Below, one piece after another: positions 27,106 through 39,900 of a stretch of DNA of 64,000 bases. Within the stretch, counting starts at the first letter, position 1, and the number at the start of each line of letters is the position of its first letter. The translations under genes and the position numbers were made by a program. The notes under the pieces are model-generated. The model had not been told where the DNA came from and did no database searches. It saw only the letters and a list, made by a program, of their open reading frames with translations. Where the stretch lies: the NCBI RefSeq assembly GCF_964204645.1, contig NC_134033.1, forward strand, positions 266,031-330,030. The letters run 5' to 3'. Origin of the DNA: Tubulanus polymorphus (taxonomy: Eukaryota > Animalia > Nemertea).

Positions 27106-27422
27106 TATCCATCCGGAACTAGTTTGAGCGCGATTTCATTCCAAATAAATCCTGAACAAGAAAACAATTCAAATTCCATTTAATTTCCAGTAACGGCTCA
27201 GTTTTTGAGAACGGTTTATCTTGATTTCGTTTCAGCGCGATTCCATTCACAATAAATCCTAATATGTTCACAAGAGGTGTCTAATTGTTTACGGGAGACA
27301 GTTTGAGCACCTCACTGTCCAGACTGGTAAACCATACACCATCGCGATAACCTCCAGGTGGGAACATATACAAGACACCCAAATGTAATAATCTGCGCGA
27401 ACGACAAGAATTGTCGAACACA

Positions 27423-30400
27423 ATGAAGCTTCATATTTCATATTATCTAACTATTGGGGTCACTGGTCATAATCCATCTTCGCTCTATAAACTGCGCGGT
27501 GACTCTAGTGAAGATATCAATCCATTCTGAACTGCATGAAGTATATATCGGTATAAATCAAATATCTCTAATAGTAAAATGATTTAATTTGAAAATTGAA
27601 TAATTAAATTTGCCGCTAAAACCGGGTCCAGCTTCCAAAACATCCTCATTAATGATTGGACGCATAATTAGTCATACTCGTCGATGATTGGCTAATTGGT
27701 ACGAAATATGCATAATCTAAACTAGATGATTTACGCAAGTTCTCACAGGACCCGGTATTTACGCGGGAACCTTACAAATCGTTCCACTTTCTTAGGAATA
27801 AAAGTTCCATCACTTCAGTGAAAATCCACCCTCCCAAGATATGGCTGACTTCAGGCCCCGATATCTAGCGGCAATATCGTTCTTGACTCCTTGAAAGGAA
27901 TTGTCGCCCATCAGGTCAGGAAGGTCCGATGATTTTTATTCATCAAATAAATTTCACTTTTCTCTTCCGCCATTTGCTTATCTACACCATTATCAATGCA
28001 TCTAAATCTGTTAAACTTCCTCAACCAGAGAGATTGTTTTAGACATGTATATACTGGTGTAGGTGAATCAATCCTTTCTATATCACGACGATGAAGACAC
28101 GTTTGTTCTTTATAATCTGCACAGTTTTGTTGCAACTGGGAAATATATACATTACACAAACATCTGGAGCTGAAAGTAAGTTACTGCAGCCGCCATTACT
28201 AGACTTTGTAATTATATTTCAGTCAGATTTGCGAATTCGATGACGTCAGTTGTTTAATAATAGATTCACTACAGGCCCTAAATGTAATCTGACAAAAAGA
28301 ACAAACAATAAACACATCTGGACCCAGTTCCATAGTCGCGAGTTAGAGTTAACTCTGAGTTAAAGTTAGTTCATTTTCAATGAGTTAACTGAGGGTCAAA
28401 TCTTAACTCTGAACTGGACCCTGGTTGATTTAATTTCACATGAAGTTTGTATCTTGATGTCTGGTTTGATAAAAAACGAGTCGCTGATATAATCACCTCA
28501 CTTACCAGTGGCGGAGTCAGACATTTAAGTAGAGGGGTCAAGTGCACTTTTTCCCAGGTATCTCTCATATATCTCAATGAAAAATACATTCATAAAACCG
28601 TGTGCAGTAATTCCCGGCAGACACCGCGCGAAACAGAAATCGATAAAGATTTGAATCGTCGTTAATTTCATCATTAATACGATTGATGTTTATATTAATT
28701 TGTTTAAGGAATTTACGGGACGCCTCATTCCGCTCGAGATGCAAAACCCGACAATAAAACGCAAGGAGAAATGATTCGATATACTTGTAAAATAATTGGC
28801 GGAAATTCTAGAGTAATATTCCAAGAGAAGAGAAACGGTTCGGGACAATGGTTAACAGTTCCAGACGACCAGCTTAACAAAACTAAAGACAAACTGAATG
28901 TTGAGTTGGTTGAGCTAAAATTCAAAGCAGATTTCAATCGATACAATGGATCTTCATTTAGATGTCTTGTAAATGAAAGTCCAACATATCCGGAACCTCT
29001 TCAGTTTGATCTGATTGTAGTTAAACGAACTGGTAAGTTACAGTTTGTGTTGCTTATTGAAATAATCAAACAATTTAGAACATTAAAACTTGCATTCTTG
29101 GTTTTCTTAGAAATAACATAGTTAAATTGAGCTGATAAAATGTCTTATATCTGGTAGTTCGTTTTTAGCCTATTTGGGAATTTAGTCCCAGCGGGCTAGT
29201 GCGTTCACTTTTCATCCGTTGACGGAATCCAGTTATTTTGACGAAGATTCAAGACTGGCGGCCATTGTTGTCCGCCAAAATCAGTACTTTTTACACATTT
29301 TTGAAGTTTTTGAGGGAAATAAAACAATGTGGTTTAAAAGGGAAGGGCGACACGAGCGTATTTTTTCACCCGATCGCGACGATTCAATTCGCCAGCGCGA
29401 ATTTAAACGCCCGATACGAGCGGGCACACGTAGCGATTCAACCAAAATTCGGTCAGCGACTGGCACTTATCATATCTATTTTATATTCTTAACAGTAACT
29501 TTTATCAGGAACTGGACCAAGCAAAGTGAAAGAATCACTTACAAAATGTAGTTTTGTTTTTCTTATTTCAGATCATGCAGGTTCCAATCAAATCCCGACG
29601 ATTGAAACCACAACACTGGGGTGAGTTTACATTTCGAAAATAGTTAAAAATGTCCCAGGGAAAAAATCCCCGGACGATGTACGGGCTCCTGTTGTTTCGT
29701 AAAAACGGCTCGTTATGGTCGATGTTTGTTTTGTGAAATAACTTGATTTGATATCTAGCGTGTCTCATTGGCATTTAAAATCGGAATAAGAATCGGGTGC
29801 TGGTTGGTGTATGATCAATGCTTAGAGGTTTATATGTGTTGATGTCAATAAACCGAACTTGTAATAAAAACTGAGACATTCAATAATTATTCATGTCATT
29901 TTCCACAATGAACTGAAATATTCGATAACGATTTTGCTGCTAATTTATTTTAATCGTAAATTACGCCCTTTTCATTCAGAGTTCGTCGTCTGGTTATTAC
30001 TGAAAATGATGGCTCGAAAGTCAAGGTCATTATGAATTTAACTTATTATCAAACTTTCAATATGTGAAATGATAAAGTCCCCGGATGTAACGCACGGAGT
30101 CTAATTATACCCGCTTAATTCAGGGTAAAACAAAATACACTTTGGTAGATTATAATACAATATCTAAATCTGATACCATCATCAGTTTCAACTCTACATC
30201 AGGGGCCGGTTCCATAGTCATGGCTTAGACTTAAGACCAGTCTAAGACCAACTTGGTTCTATAGCCAATCTAACAACTTAAGACCAGTCTTAAGATTTAA
30301 GGCCACTTTTGGACATAAGTCACGACTGTGCAACTGGGCCCAGAGTTCGGTAAAATGGAATTATTATCATTACTCGTTTATTGTTCTCAGACTGACCCCA

Positions 30401-32045
30401 CAAACCGGCTTAAACTGGACCACACTGACTGGACCATGACGATAGTTTACATCGCTTGTGGAGTCATCGGTTTCCTCCTCATCATCATTTCTATCGTTGT
30501 TATCGTCATCGTCATCATCATTTGCAGGTATTTACTGAACAAACAGCAGATTTCTGTAGAGATTATAAATACGTTTGTCTCATTGTTCACCAACATCTAC
30601 AGTTCAATGTCAAGGTCGATTACTATTGATAAGAGGTCGTCATTAGTTCCAAGTCAAGTTTGTCAGTGACGTCATTTATAAATAATAACATATCCGCGCA
30701 CTTCGATTAGAACACGATAAAATGTGTTATTGTACATGTAGGCTTTACCGAGATAATGGCAAACAAAAAAAAAACTAGTCAAAGTTTTATTTTTATCACA
30801 ACAAATAAACGTGAAATTTTAGAATTGATAAGAGATCAGATTTTTGGAAGGAATGCCTACTGGCGGTTAATTAATTAAACTCTTCTAATTCCAATAAAGA
30901 AAGGCCCAAGTTCCAATTGACTCCACTTATTCTTCAAACTAATAATAAACTCATCACTGAACACGTGTTTTATAAGGGGCACACACCGGTTTATGCGGAG
31001 TTAAATCTTCTTTTTTTAAGAATGTTTCCTAAATGCGAGTTCTTGTGGTTAATGACCTAAAAAATTATAATCTCTACTCAAAATCTGACGTTATTTCAAC
31101 CATTTCATTTTTTTCTCGGTCGATTTTTCCACTGCTTAAATTATCAATTTTTTCAGACGCAGACGACCTATCGGTGAAGGTCGTGTGGAGACTACAACTC
31201 TGACTACAACACCGCAGCAACAACTCGAGATGTTAGATGAAGTCTATGATGAGTTGTATGATGACATAGATTCTGATAGTGACAGTAACAAACTGCACAC
31301 CAGCAATCAGAAAACTACTACAGATCCATACATTGATATGGAAGCCGGGAAGGGCAAAGATACGGCTCCTTATATTGATATGGAAGCCGGGAAGGGCAAA
31401 GATACGGCTCCTTACATTGATATGGAAGCCGGGAAGGGCAAAGATACGGCTCCTTATATGGATATGGAAGCCGGTAAGGGCAAAGATACGGCTCCTTACA
31501 TTGATATGGAAGCCGGGAAGGGCAAAGATACAACTCCTTATATGGATATGGGACCTGGAATAGAGGCAGATACATACATGAGTACTGAAGGCGCGATACG
31601 CACAGACACAACTCCCAGCGCCGGAGGAGACACAGATCAATACATGAATCCTGAAGCCTTGGAGACAAAGTATCTTCAGTTAACGGGAGATACTGATGAA
31701 CCTTTAGCAGATGATGTTTATTCTTACGCTACTGTTGAATATAAAGCTCCTTATATGGATATGAGACCCGGAATAGACGAGGATACATACACGAATACCG
31801 AAGGTGCACTGGGCAAAGATACAACTCCTTATATGGATATGGGACCCGGAATAGAGGCAGATACATACATGAGTACTGAAGGCGCGATACGCACAGACAC
31901 AACTCCCAGCGCCGGAGGAGACACAGATCAATACATGAATCCTGAAGCCTTGGAGACAAAGTATCTTCAGTTAACGGGGGATACCGATGAACCTTTGGCA
32001 GATGATGTTTATTCTTACGCTACTGTTGAATATACTTGTGATTAA
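27423..32045 (+). CDS. Ig-domain single-pass receptor with a tyrosine-motif-rich cytoplasmic tail; exons 28709-29032 (Ig), 29572-29620, 29980-30025, 30391-30527 (TM), 31157-32045; uncertain signal exon 27423-27550
   Basis: Ig exon YTC...QW...YNGSSFRCLV; TM IVYIACGVIGFLLIIISIVVIVIVIIIC followed by RRRR; phases 1-1-2-0-2 are consistent. The tail has 8 Y(I/M)DM motifs. The first exon is one base out of frame as assembled. Confidence 0.75.
28320..28420. mobile_element. MITE, PIF/Harbinger-like, CTG target duplication
   Basis: CTG|GACCCAGTTC...GAACTGGACC|CTG imperfect terminal inverted repeats. Confidence 0.65.
29164..29320 (+). mobile_element. Fragment of a dispersed repeat (Helentron/HINE-like), also at 41436 and 51195
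   Basis: Shared TTAGCC..CCCAGCGGGCTA..GCGTTCA..GACGGAATCCAGTTATTTT. Confidence 0.6.
30202..30339. mobile_element. MITE, PIF/Harbinger-like, CAG target duplication
   Basis: CAG|GGGCCGGTTCCATAGTC...GACTGTGCAACTGGGCC|CAG. Confidence 0.7.
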
Positions 32046-33369
32046 ACTCCGTTAGAGGGCGCCACTGGACTAACAACAACTGATAATACGTACACAAGAC
32101 ATAACAACGTTTTAACATCATTATTGTAATGGTTACGGCATTTGCGAACTGAACAACATTGAATTTAAACTGCAACAATAATTCATTTCATGATAATCCA
32201 CCAGGTGTCGTTAGTGTAGAGGCAGCAGACGGATATAGGTCACTACAACCCGCGCCACTGACGCAGTGCGCTGTTTCAATTACATTCAATATTTATGAAG
32301 GACATCACAACAAAATCGGTAATTTTTAGCAAATGCATACTTTCGTCGAATTGTATTCAAACTGTAAATAGAATTTCAAAAAATTAATCTACAAAAATTA
32401 ACCTTTAAAATCGTTAACTTTTTAATGAGTAAGCATGAATTCAAAATAATAGTCATTTGTAGCTAAACTAGATTTTTTTTTAGTAAGTTTTAAAAATCTT
32501 TTGTCAAAAACTCGTAACGTTTGTGAGGTAAGGATTACTTTATTTAGATAAGATATGATTCAACAAGGAAGCGCGCAATAATTGTCAATGTAAATACAGT
32601 ATTATGTACACACAGACCTCTGATAAATCATCGTGAACATTACAACTGGTGCTGAGACTATCAAAGATCCAACATTAATAAGATGAGAAAGTCGCATTCA
32701 TTGCATCTCTCACTTGCCGCAAACTCTTGACGTTTTTTGGGATATATTCGCACTATAATCATGTTTGCGGGAGCAGCATATCGACCTAGTAACCAAGAGA
32801 CATATTTTCGAAATTAGTTAAGGATTTAGTTAAAGACGCATCGATATAGTTTGGAATATCAGCAATTGGTTAAAATTTGACAAATAAAAGAAGGCAACAT
32901 ATAACGATATTCGGTAACTTTTAGTAGCAAATAACAACAGCTTTCTTTAACTCTCGTCATATTGGATAAACCTATAATGTCACCAGATGGCGTGTCAGTC
33001 GGGCACGATTTAGTTTGTGGTTTAGATTAGTTGATCTCGAGCACTATTGGATTATTTTTCCTTTTCAATTCAGTAGAGGCGCTAATGATGATTGCGCAGA
33101 AATTATTTCCGACCGGCACACGCCATCTGGTTACTTCATAGTGTTATTTATCCTATCCTTGATGGCGTGAGTTGATGAGTATGAGTACCTGAAGGGCCTC
33201 AGAGTTCATATATCAGAGAACCCTCAATAACTGGAAGCACCACAAGAGAAAGTTAAGATAGGAAACTGCACCCTTTCTCCGTAGCGCGTGAGGAACGGAA
33301 GGGCCATGCGTAAAGACGATAGTACGGTCGATACTCGAGTACTGCGGTTTATAATCAAGAGTTCAACAG

Positions 33370-33564
33370 ATAACGGGATTGCGCAACGTCACGTGATCTT
33401 TATTATCCAATAACAAGCTGTGGACGTGCAACACTTACCGCGCATGCGTGTAAAACGCCCTAAACTTGACGGCCAGTTTTTGCGATCGCTGGGTGTTATC
33501 GCCTATAGCTGAACGTTAAGAGACAAGAAGAGATCTAGAGAGACAGATAGAAATAATTAACAAG
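33370..33564 (+). promoter_or_regulatory. Probable promoter and non-coding first exon of the Ig-NLR gene
   Basis: CpG-rich patch with ATTGCGCAA (C/EBP-like), CACGTG, CCAAT and GCGCATGCG (NRF1-like), then a strong donor AAG|GTGAGT at 33564/33565; matching acceptor TTTCAAG at 36962. Confidence 0.45.
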
Positions 33565-33644
33565 GTGAGTAGTCGAATAAAACACTTTACTCCGTGTTTA
33601 CTGTAGATAAATGAAGAAGAATCACAATTCGAGTTTTATATATG

Positions 33645-34185
33645 ATATAGTTTATTATTTTGAAACCACGAAGTTTCGACTGTTGACTATTAACAGCCAT
33701 CATCGGGTGGAATCACCAGAAACAATAAACATAGCGTATTAACTTTACAGGATCCAGATCCACAGTTGTGAGGTAAGATTTGACTCTGAGTTAAAACATT
33801 GAAATTTGATTTTTAACTCAGAATTATCTCTTAACTCACAACTAGGGAACCGGGTCCCAGACAAAAACGGTGTCAGAATTAAGATAAACCGAACAATATA
33901 AACAGTTCAAAATGAATATAAATTATGTAACTATGTGAAGTGGACTGAAGTGGATGTGGAATAGCAGAGTGACACATAGTGACATTAACCAAAATCTAGT
34001 AGAGAGTTGATATGTCTGGAAAATAATTGGTTATGTGGAGAAAAACCAATATTTAGATTGGTAAAAGTTGGATTTCAAAAGTTTACAAATTAGGGCTGAT
34101 TCCACTATGCGTCTCTTATGAATATCTTCACAATGATAAATGAGTTGAGAATTTTAAAAGTCAAATTGATGGCGGTAACAATTCG
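33645..34185 (-). mobile_element. Decayed Penelope-like element 3' remnant (GIY-YIG C-terminus plus hammerhead-like motif)
   Basis: The minus strand reads HQFDF*NSQLIYHCEDIHKRRIVESALICKLL at ~34080-34175. Downstream, at 33666-33710, is CCAC CCGATGA T GGCTGTT..AACAGTC GAAACTTC GTGG. Confidence 0.6.
33751..33857. mobile_element. MITE, PIF/Harbinger-like, CAG target duplication, nested in the Penelope remnant
   Basis: CAG|GATCCAGATCCACAGTTGTGAG...CTCACAACTAGGGAACCGGGTCC|CAG. Confidence 0.6.
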
Positions 34186-34380
34186 AATTGTGGGATTTCT
34201 TCAATTGATTAACAAAGTATTTTGATGAATTTTCTGATCTTGATGTGTATATAATTATGTGATATTCACCGATGTAAGTTAGGCCTATAAAGTTACCCCT
34301 GTTGTACTGGGCCAGAGTCTGACGTGTGACCTTAACCCGCCTTATAGAATGCTTGTGGAACTGGTTCTGTCCGTGGATCC

Positions 34381-34611
34381 ATAAAATGTTACTCGATATT
34401 TTCTATACTGTGATTTTGCTGTTTTATTTTACTTCCATCTATAAGTTTTGATAATCTCTGAGCGAATGATGTATTTTTAATATAATTCTAACTCTTGAGA
34501 CTGAATGTCTGTGATATTCTCAGATCATCGCTAAATAGTAACCGGACACTTCATTCCTAGACTATTAATTTATTTTCTGTCAGATAACGATTATTTTTTG
34601 TTGTACTTTTC
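34381..34611. repeat. ~230-bp near-identical dispersed duplicate of 42336-42565
   Basis: ATAAAATGTTACTCGATATTTTC...TTGTTGTACTTTT is present at both sites with few differences. Confidence 0.9.
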
Positions 34612-35104
34612 ATCAATGCTTTTCTTATTTTCATTTTGGTTTTATTCAGGACAATATTACGATTAATAAATCCTATTTCCACCGGAAGCCATATCGAATT
34701 GGTTTATTCCACATTTAAAAAAAATGTCGCCATATTCAGTAAGAAGTTTTCACAAATCTTCCAATTTCTGCATATATAATATGTGATAGCCCAATAACGG
34801 GGTCGGTTTTGACTTTTGAATTTTTAAGGCTCTGAAATGCAATTTATGCACATTTGGCATCAAATCTATCCATCAACTAAATATGGTATTATGACTTTTT
34901 AAAGGAAATGTATTTCATATGGAAAATTGATATTGTGTAAATAACAAAAAACAACTCGGTGCAAATACGAAATTATATATTATATAGGCGTACATGTGAT
35001 GGAATTAGTGAATCAGGCTTATCTCCCTGTACAAACCGCGTCAACGCTTTACGAGATTGCGTGAAATCTTTTTTAAACGACACACATTTGAACAGTGTCA
35101 CTGA

Positions 35105-36285
35105 TGTGACTAATATTGCTTGACCGATAGTAACAGCTTTTCATCAAGAAATAAAGGTATAAAAAATGGTTACATCTTGATGGAAGGAATTCATGGAAAA
35201 TATCACGTACAGTGAAAACAACCGGTTCAAACTGGTTTTGTAGCTTAAATTTAATCGTTTCAAAATCGATTTTATCGTTTAAATGATATAATGAACAAAC
35301 ATAAAACGTCTTAAGGTCATTGTAGAAAGTTATCAAAATCAGTTGTTTATGAGCTGAGATATCGCAGTCACAGTAAAAAAAAAGCCGACTGATTGAACTG
35401 TGGTCGGTCAAAGTCACGCGAATTTGAGTGTACATGTCTGGTAGGTGCCTGGTTATACTAGGATTACAGATACTATCCAAACTACGAAATAGAAATAGTG
35501 AGACAACCACACACAATACAAATAACATCATTTATATATATATATATATATATATAGAACGCTGTGAACACGGGAGTCAACTACATCAAAACTTATTTCC
35601 TTATATTTATATATCCCTTGTGAAGCAACGCATAGTAAAAACGTCACGCGTCAAACACTGTTTTCAGATATCTATCTTATCTACAAATTCAAACAACAAG
35701 AAAATATACGGCATAAATTACGTGCGAACTAAAATATCATTCTGATAACAACACATGACTAATACACAGGCTTCGCAATATACTATACAATAAAGAAATT
35801 GGAGACAAAATGACAACAACCGAACCTGATAATCAATGCTATAACGTGCAGAATATGTCAATCATGTGACTAATATTACTTGACCGATAGTAACAGCTAT
35901 TCATCAAGAAATAAAGGTATAAAAAATGGTTATAAATTGATGCAAGGAATTCATGGAAAATATCACGCGCTGTGAAAACAACCGGTTCAATCTGGTTTTG
36001 TAGCTTAAATTTAATCGTATTAAAATCGGTTTTGTCGTTTAAATGATATAATGAACAAAACATAAAGTAAGGTCAATGATTTGACTAATATTTTTAACAG
36101 CTTTTCTTCAAGAAATAAAGATATAATACATAAGATAAAAGATATTCATGGAAAAGATCACGTAAAGCTAAAAGAACCGGTTTAAACTGGTAACCGTTTT
36201 TATATCTTATCAAAATTGAATATTTATGAGCTGAGATATCAGAGTTAAACACAGTCAAAAAAACCGCCTGACTGAACTATGGACT
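35105..36285. repeat. Diverged direct duplication (35105-35405 and 35864-36282)
   Basis: Shared ATGTGACTAATATT..TTGACCGATAGTAACAGC..GATATAATGAACAAA block. Confidence 0.8.
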
Positions 36286-36978
36286 GAACTCTGGAATTTG
36301 AGGTGTCTGGGTGGTTTGGTGATGATCTCCGTGGAGACAACCACTGCCAGGGCTGGGTGAAGGCAGAAAGGTGACAATTTCTAATGGTGTTTATTTCAGC
36401 TCGTCTATTGCAATGACTTTGCACTAAAATAAAATGCTATCGGCGAATATCAGCGAATATTCGCTAAGCTACTGTTGAAACAGCTGTAAGAAGTTTAATT
36501 TCAAACACGCATTATCATCTTTAACTGGCGTTCACTTGAATATTCCGACAATAGTTTTTCCCCAAGTCGATAAGCTCGATTAATATAAGACGCGTTCATG
36601 TTATTCTCAAAATCAGCAAAAATAACAATCTTTTCATTCCGAGTTGTTTTTATCACGTAACACGTTGATTAGCTAAATGAACAAGCGCATCAGGGCAAAA
36701 TTAAATGCAATATCTCAACATACCGTACACAAATCCAGGTCTACCAACCTCATTCCGAAAAATCAACTTCAATTATACTTAATTGAATAATTAATTAATC
36801 TTAAATCTCAAGATAAAAGATATTTTCCTGTACAAAAATGTGTCCCCAAGTTGATAACAGTGTTTCTAATGGAAACGAGAGGTAAGGCGGGGTTTAATGT
36901 AGACCTTTAAAAATGCTAAATTCGATTTCAATGATAAAAATTATGGAAACATATATTTCAAGGTATCACGTTGATGTA

Positions 36979-39900
36979 ATGAAGATGAAGAACTGGACCT
37001 GTTTGTTAATTCTACTGCTGACAATCAAGTTTTATTCAGAAGCTGCATCGGTACGAAATAAGAGAAATACCGGTGAGTTTAAATGATGTGTCTATACTGG
37101 TATCAACCATCACTAGGCGGTTACCAGAATTCAATTTCAATTTTGAAAAAACTGCTCAAGGCATCTGGACAGTGTGAATGTATTACCGGGTACAAGAATA
37201 TTACGTATATTGTGTATTTGATATTTCAGCACCTGATGGAGTTGTACTGGACAGTGTGAATGTATTACCGGGTACAAGAATATTACGTATATTGTGTATT
37301 TGATATTTCAGCACCTGATGGAGTTGTACTGGACAGTGTGAATGTATTACCGGGTACAAGAATATTACGTATATTGTGTATTTGATATTTCAGCACCTGA
37401 TGGAGCTGTACTGGACAGTGTGAATGTATTACCGGGTACAAGAATATTACGTATATTGTGTATTTGATATTTCAGCACCTGATGGAGTTGTACTGGACAG
37501 TGTGAATGTATTACCGGTTACAAGAATATTACGTATATTGTGTATTTGATATTTCAGCACGTGATGTAGTTGTACTGGACAGTGTGAATGTATTACCGGG
37601 TACAAGAATATTACGTATATTGTGTATTTGATATTTCAGCACCTGATGGAGTTGTACTGGTCAGTGTGAATGTATTACCGGGTACAAGAATATTACGTAT
37701 ATCGTGTATTTGATATTTCAGCACCTGATGGAGTTGTACTGGTCAGTGTGAATGTATTACCGGGTACAAGAATATTACGTATATTGTGTATTTGATATTT
37801 CAGCACCTGATGGAGTTGTACTGGTCAGTGTGAATGTATTACCGGGTACAAGAATATTACGTATATTGTGTATTTGATATTTCAGCACCTGATGGAGTTG
37901 TACTGGTCAGTGTGAATGTATTACCGGGTACAAGAATATTACGTATATTGTGTATTTGATATTTCAGCACCTGATGGAGTTGTACTGGACAGTGTGAATG
38001 TATTACCGGGTACACGTGTATTACTGTCGCAGGAAGGCAAAAATGTTAGTATTACCTGTAAACAGAGCAGCTCTACAGCGACTGGTGTAGAATTCCAGCT
38101 ACAAGTGAACAGTGGAGCAGGAGGGGCCTGGACTCCAATACCGCTCGGTGTATCGAAGTTGTGGAAAATTTTACCTGAGGCTGGTAAAATGTATAAATGT
38201 GTGGCCACTAATTCAGCCGGAAGGAAAGAAAGTAAAATCTACCAATCAGATGTAATCAGTGAGTATAGCGGGAACCTCGTAAATCAGTTTGTCATTAGAT
38301 AATCATTTTTTTCTTCAAAATTCGACTGAACCTAATTTAAATATTGCGGAAAGAAAATATGATGAAATAGATTACTGTCTTAGCTGAATTTCCGTCATAT
38401 ATACTTGCAAAAACCTGTGGAAACAACAGCAAGGCCTGGTTCCACAGTTGTGAGGTAAAGAGTTAACTCCGAGTTAAAGTTAGTTCATTTTCAGTGTTTT
38501 AATTAAGACTCTTTTAACTTAAGTCAAATTCCACAATTTCCACAATTTCGACTTAAGTCAGTTTCCACAACTGTGGAACTGGATCATGAGTTTTAAACCA
38601 GAAGTCAAATTTTACAATTTCTTTTATACATGTATGAATATTATCAAAAATTCATAAAGAGGATTTATCTTAGATATGATGCGTTATGTGATATCTCTAG
38701 AACCCAGTGATACCATGTGGGATCTCGGTAGAATTAGATTTAGCCTGTGCCCTCTACTGGGGCGGTAAACTGGTTACAGATCCTATAGTTACCGTAGAGA
38801 ACAATGCTAATAAATGAGAAAAAAATACGTTCCTCAGCTACGAGTATTTATTACACTCCAACCATTTCCACGGTATATGGAGGAAAAAATAGTATTCAGA
38901 ATTATTTACAAAACAGAAAATAAAATCAACTTGAACCGAAACAAACTTTATTCTTAACGTTGTATTTACGATTTATACTATTGGAGGGATTTCACATCTA
39001 GACCTAATTTGATAAATTTATTCAGATTTAAAGTTGAATTTTTTAATCCAAGGTTCCTAAAAGGGTTTAAATTTAAGTAAATTTTACGAGATTCGGTGAG
39101 TTACTAATATGAAATACGCCACGCAATCGATAGAAACTGGAACTATGATTGTGCTGGGGTTGCAATGTTAACTATTTGTAAATACACTTGTTACGGACCC
39201 AAAAATCTGAGGTCAAAATATAAACACAATCGACCTGATTACAGAGGAATTCAAACATTTCCCGTCCACCACCAATTATAGTATGATTTTCTTTATAGGT
39301 ATAAACATAAATGAAAACCCGTGTAAGATGGCTCAATTCCAATCGCTGACTTGTACTTGTAAAGCCATTAGTAAAATCGGTAATCCAAACATAACAGTTA
39401 AATGGTTTGCTGATGGATTTTCTGAAGGTGAAACTGATTTTTATGAGATTACTAAAAAACATGACGTAAATACTCCGCTAAAAGATGGAGTTATCAACAG
39501 GATTCAGAAAGATTTTCGTCTCTTGATGCACGCGACATTGACTCAATGTCGTTTGTGGGAGTATAATGGGATAAAACTACTGGAACCACCTCACAATCAA
39601 ATACAACATCAAACTCCAATGGATGTTACGTGTAAGTTGAATAAACATTGTTTTGTATTTGTTGCCCTGAGCATAGGACATTCTATTGTTAATACCACAG
39701 TTAGAGATTTAGGAGTTACTTGGATAACACTTTTACAACGACGGCTGATCGTCTCTGAGTTTCTTTCGTTTCGATATTTGGTCGCAATGAATAAATTTGC
39801 TTGTATTTATTTGCTTTGTGAAAATTTTCGAAAATCAATGAACAAATGTTTTTCGAAAATCAATGAACAAATGTTGTTGACGTGATAAGGTTCTAGACTG

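Noticed and set aside
27911-28159. Minus-strand ORF faintly resembling a GIY-YIG N-terminus (CLCNVYISQ)
   Set aside because: Too degenerate to support; possibly a Penelope relic.
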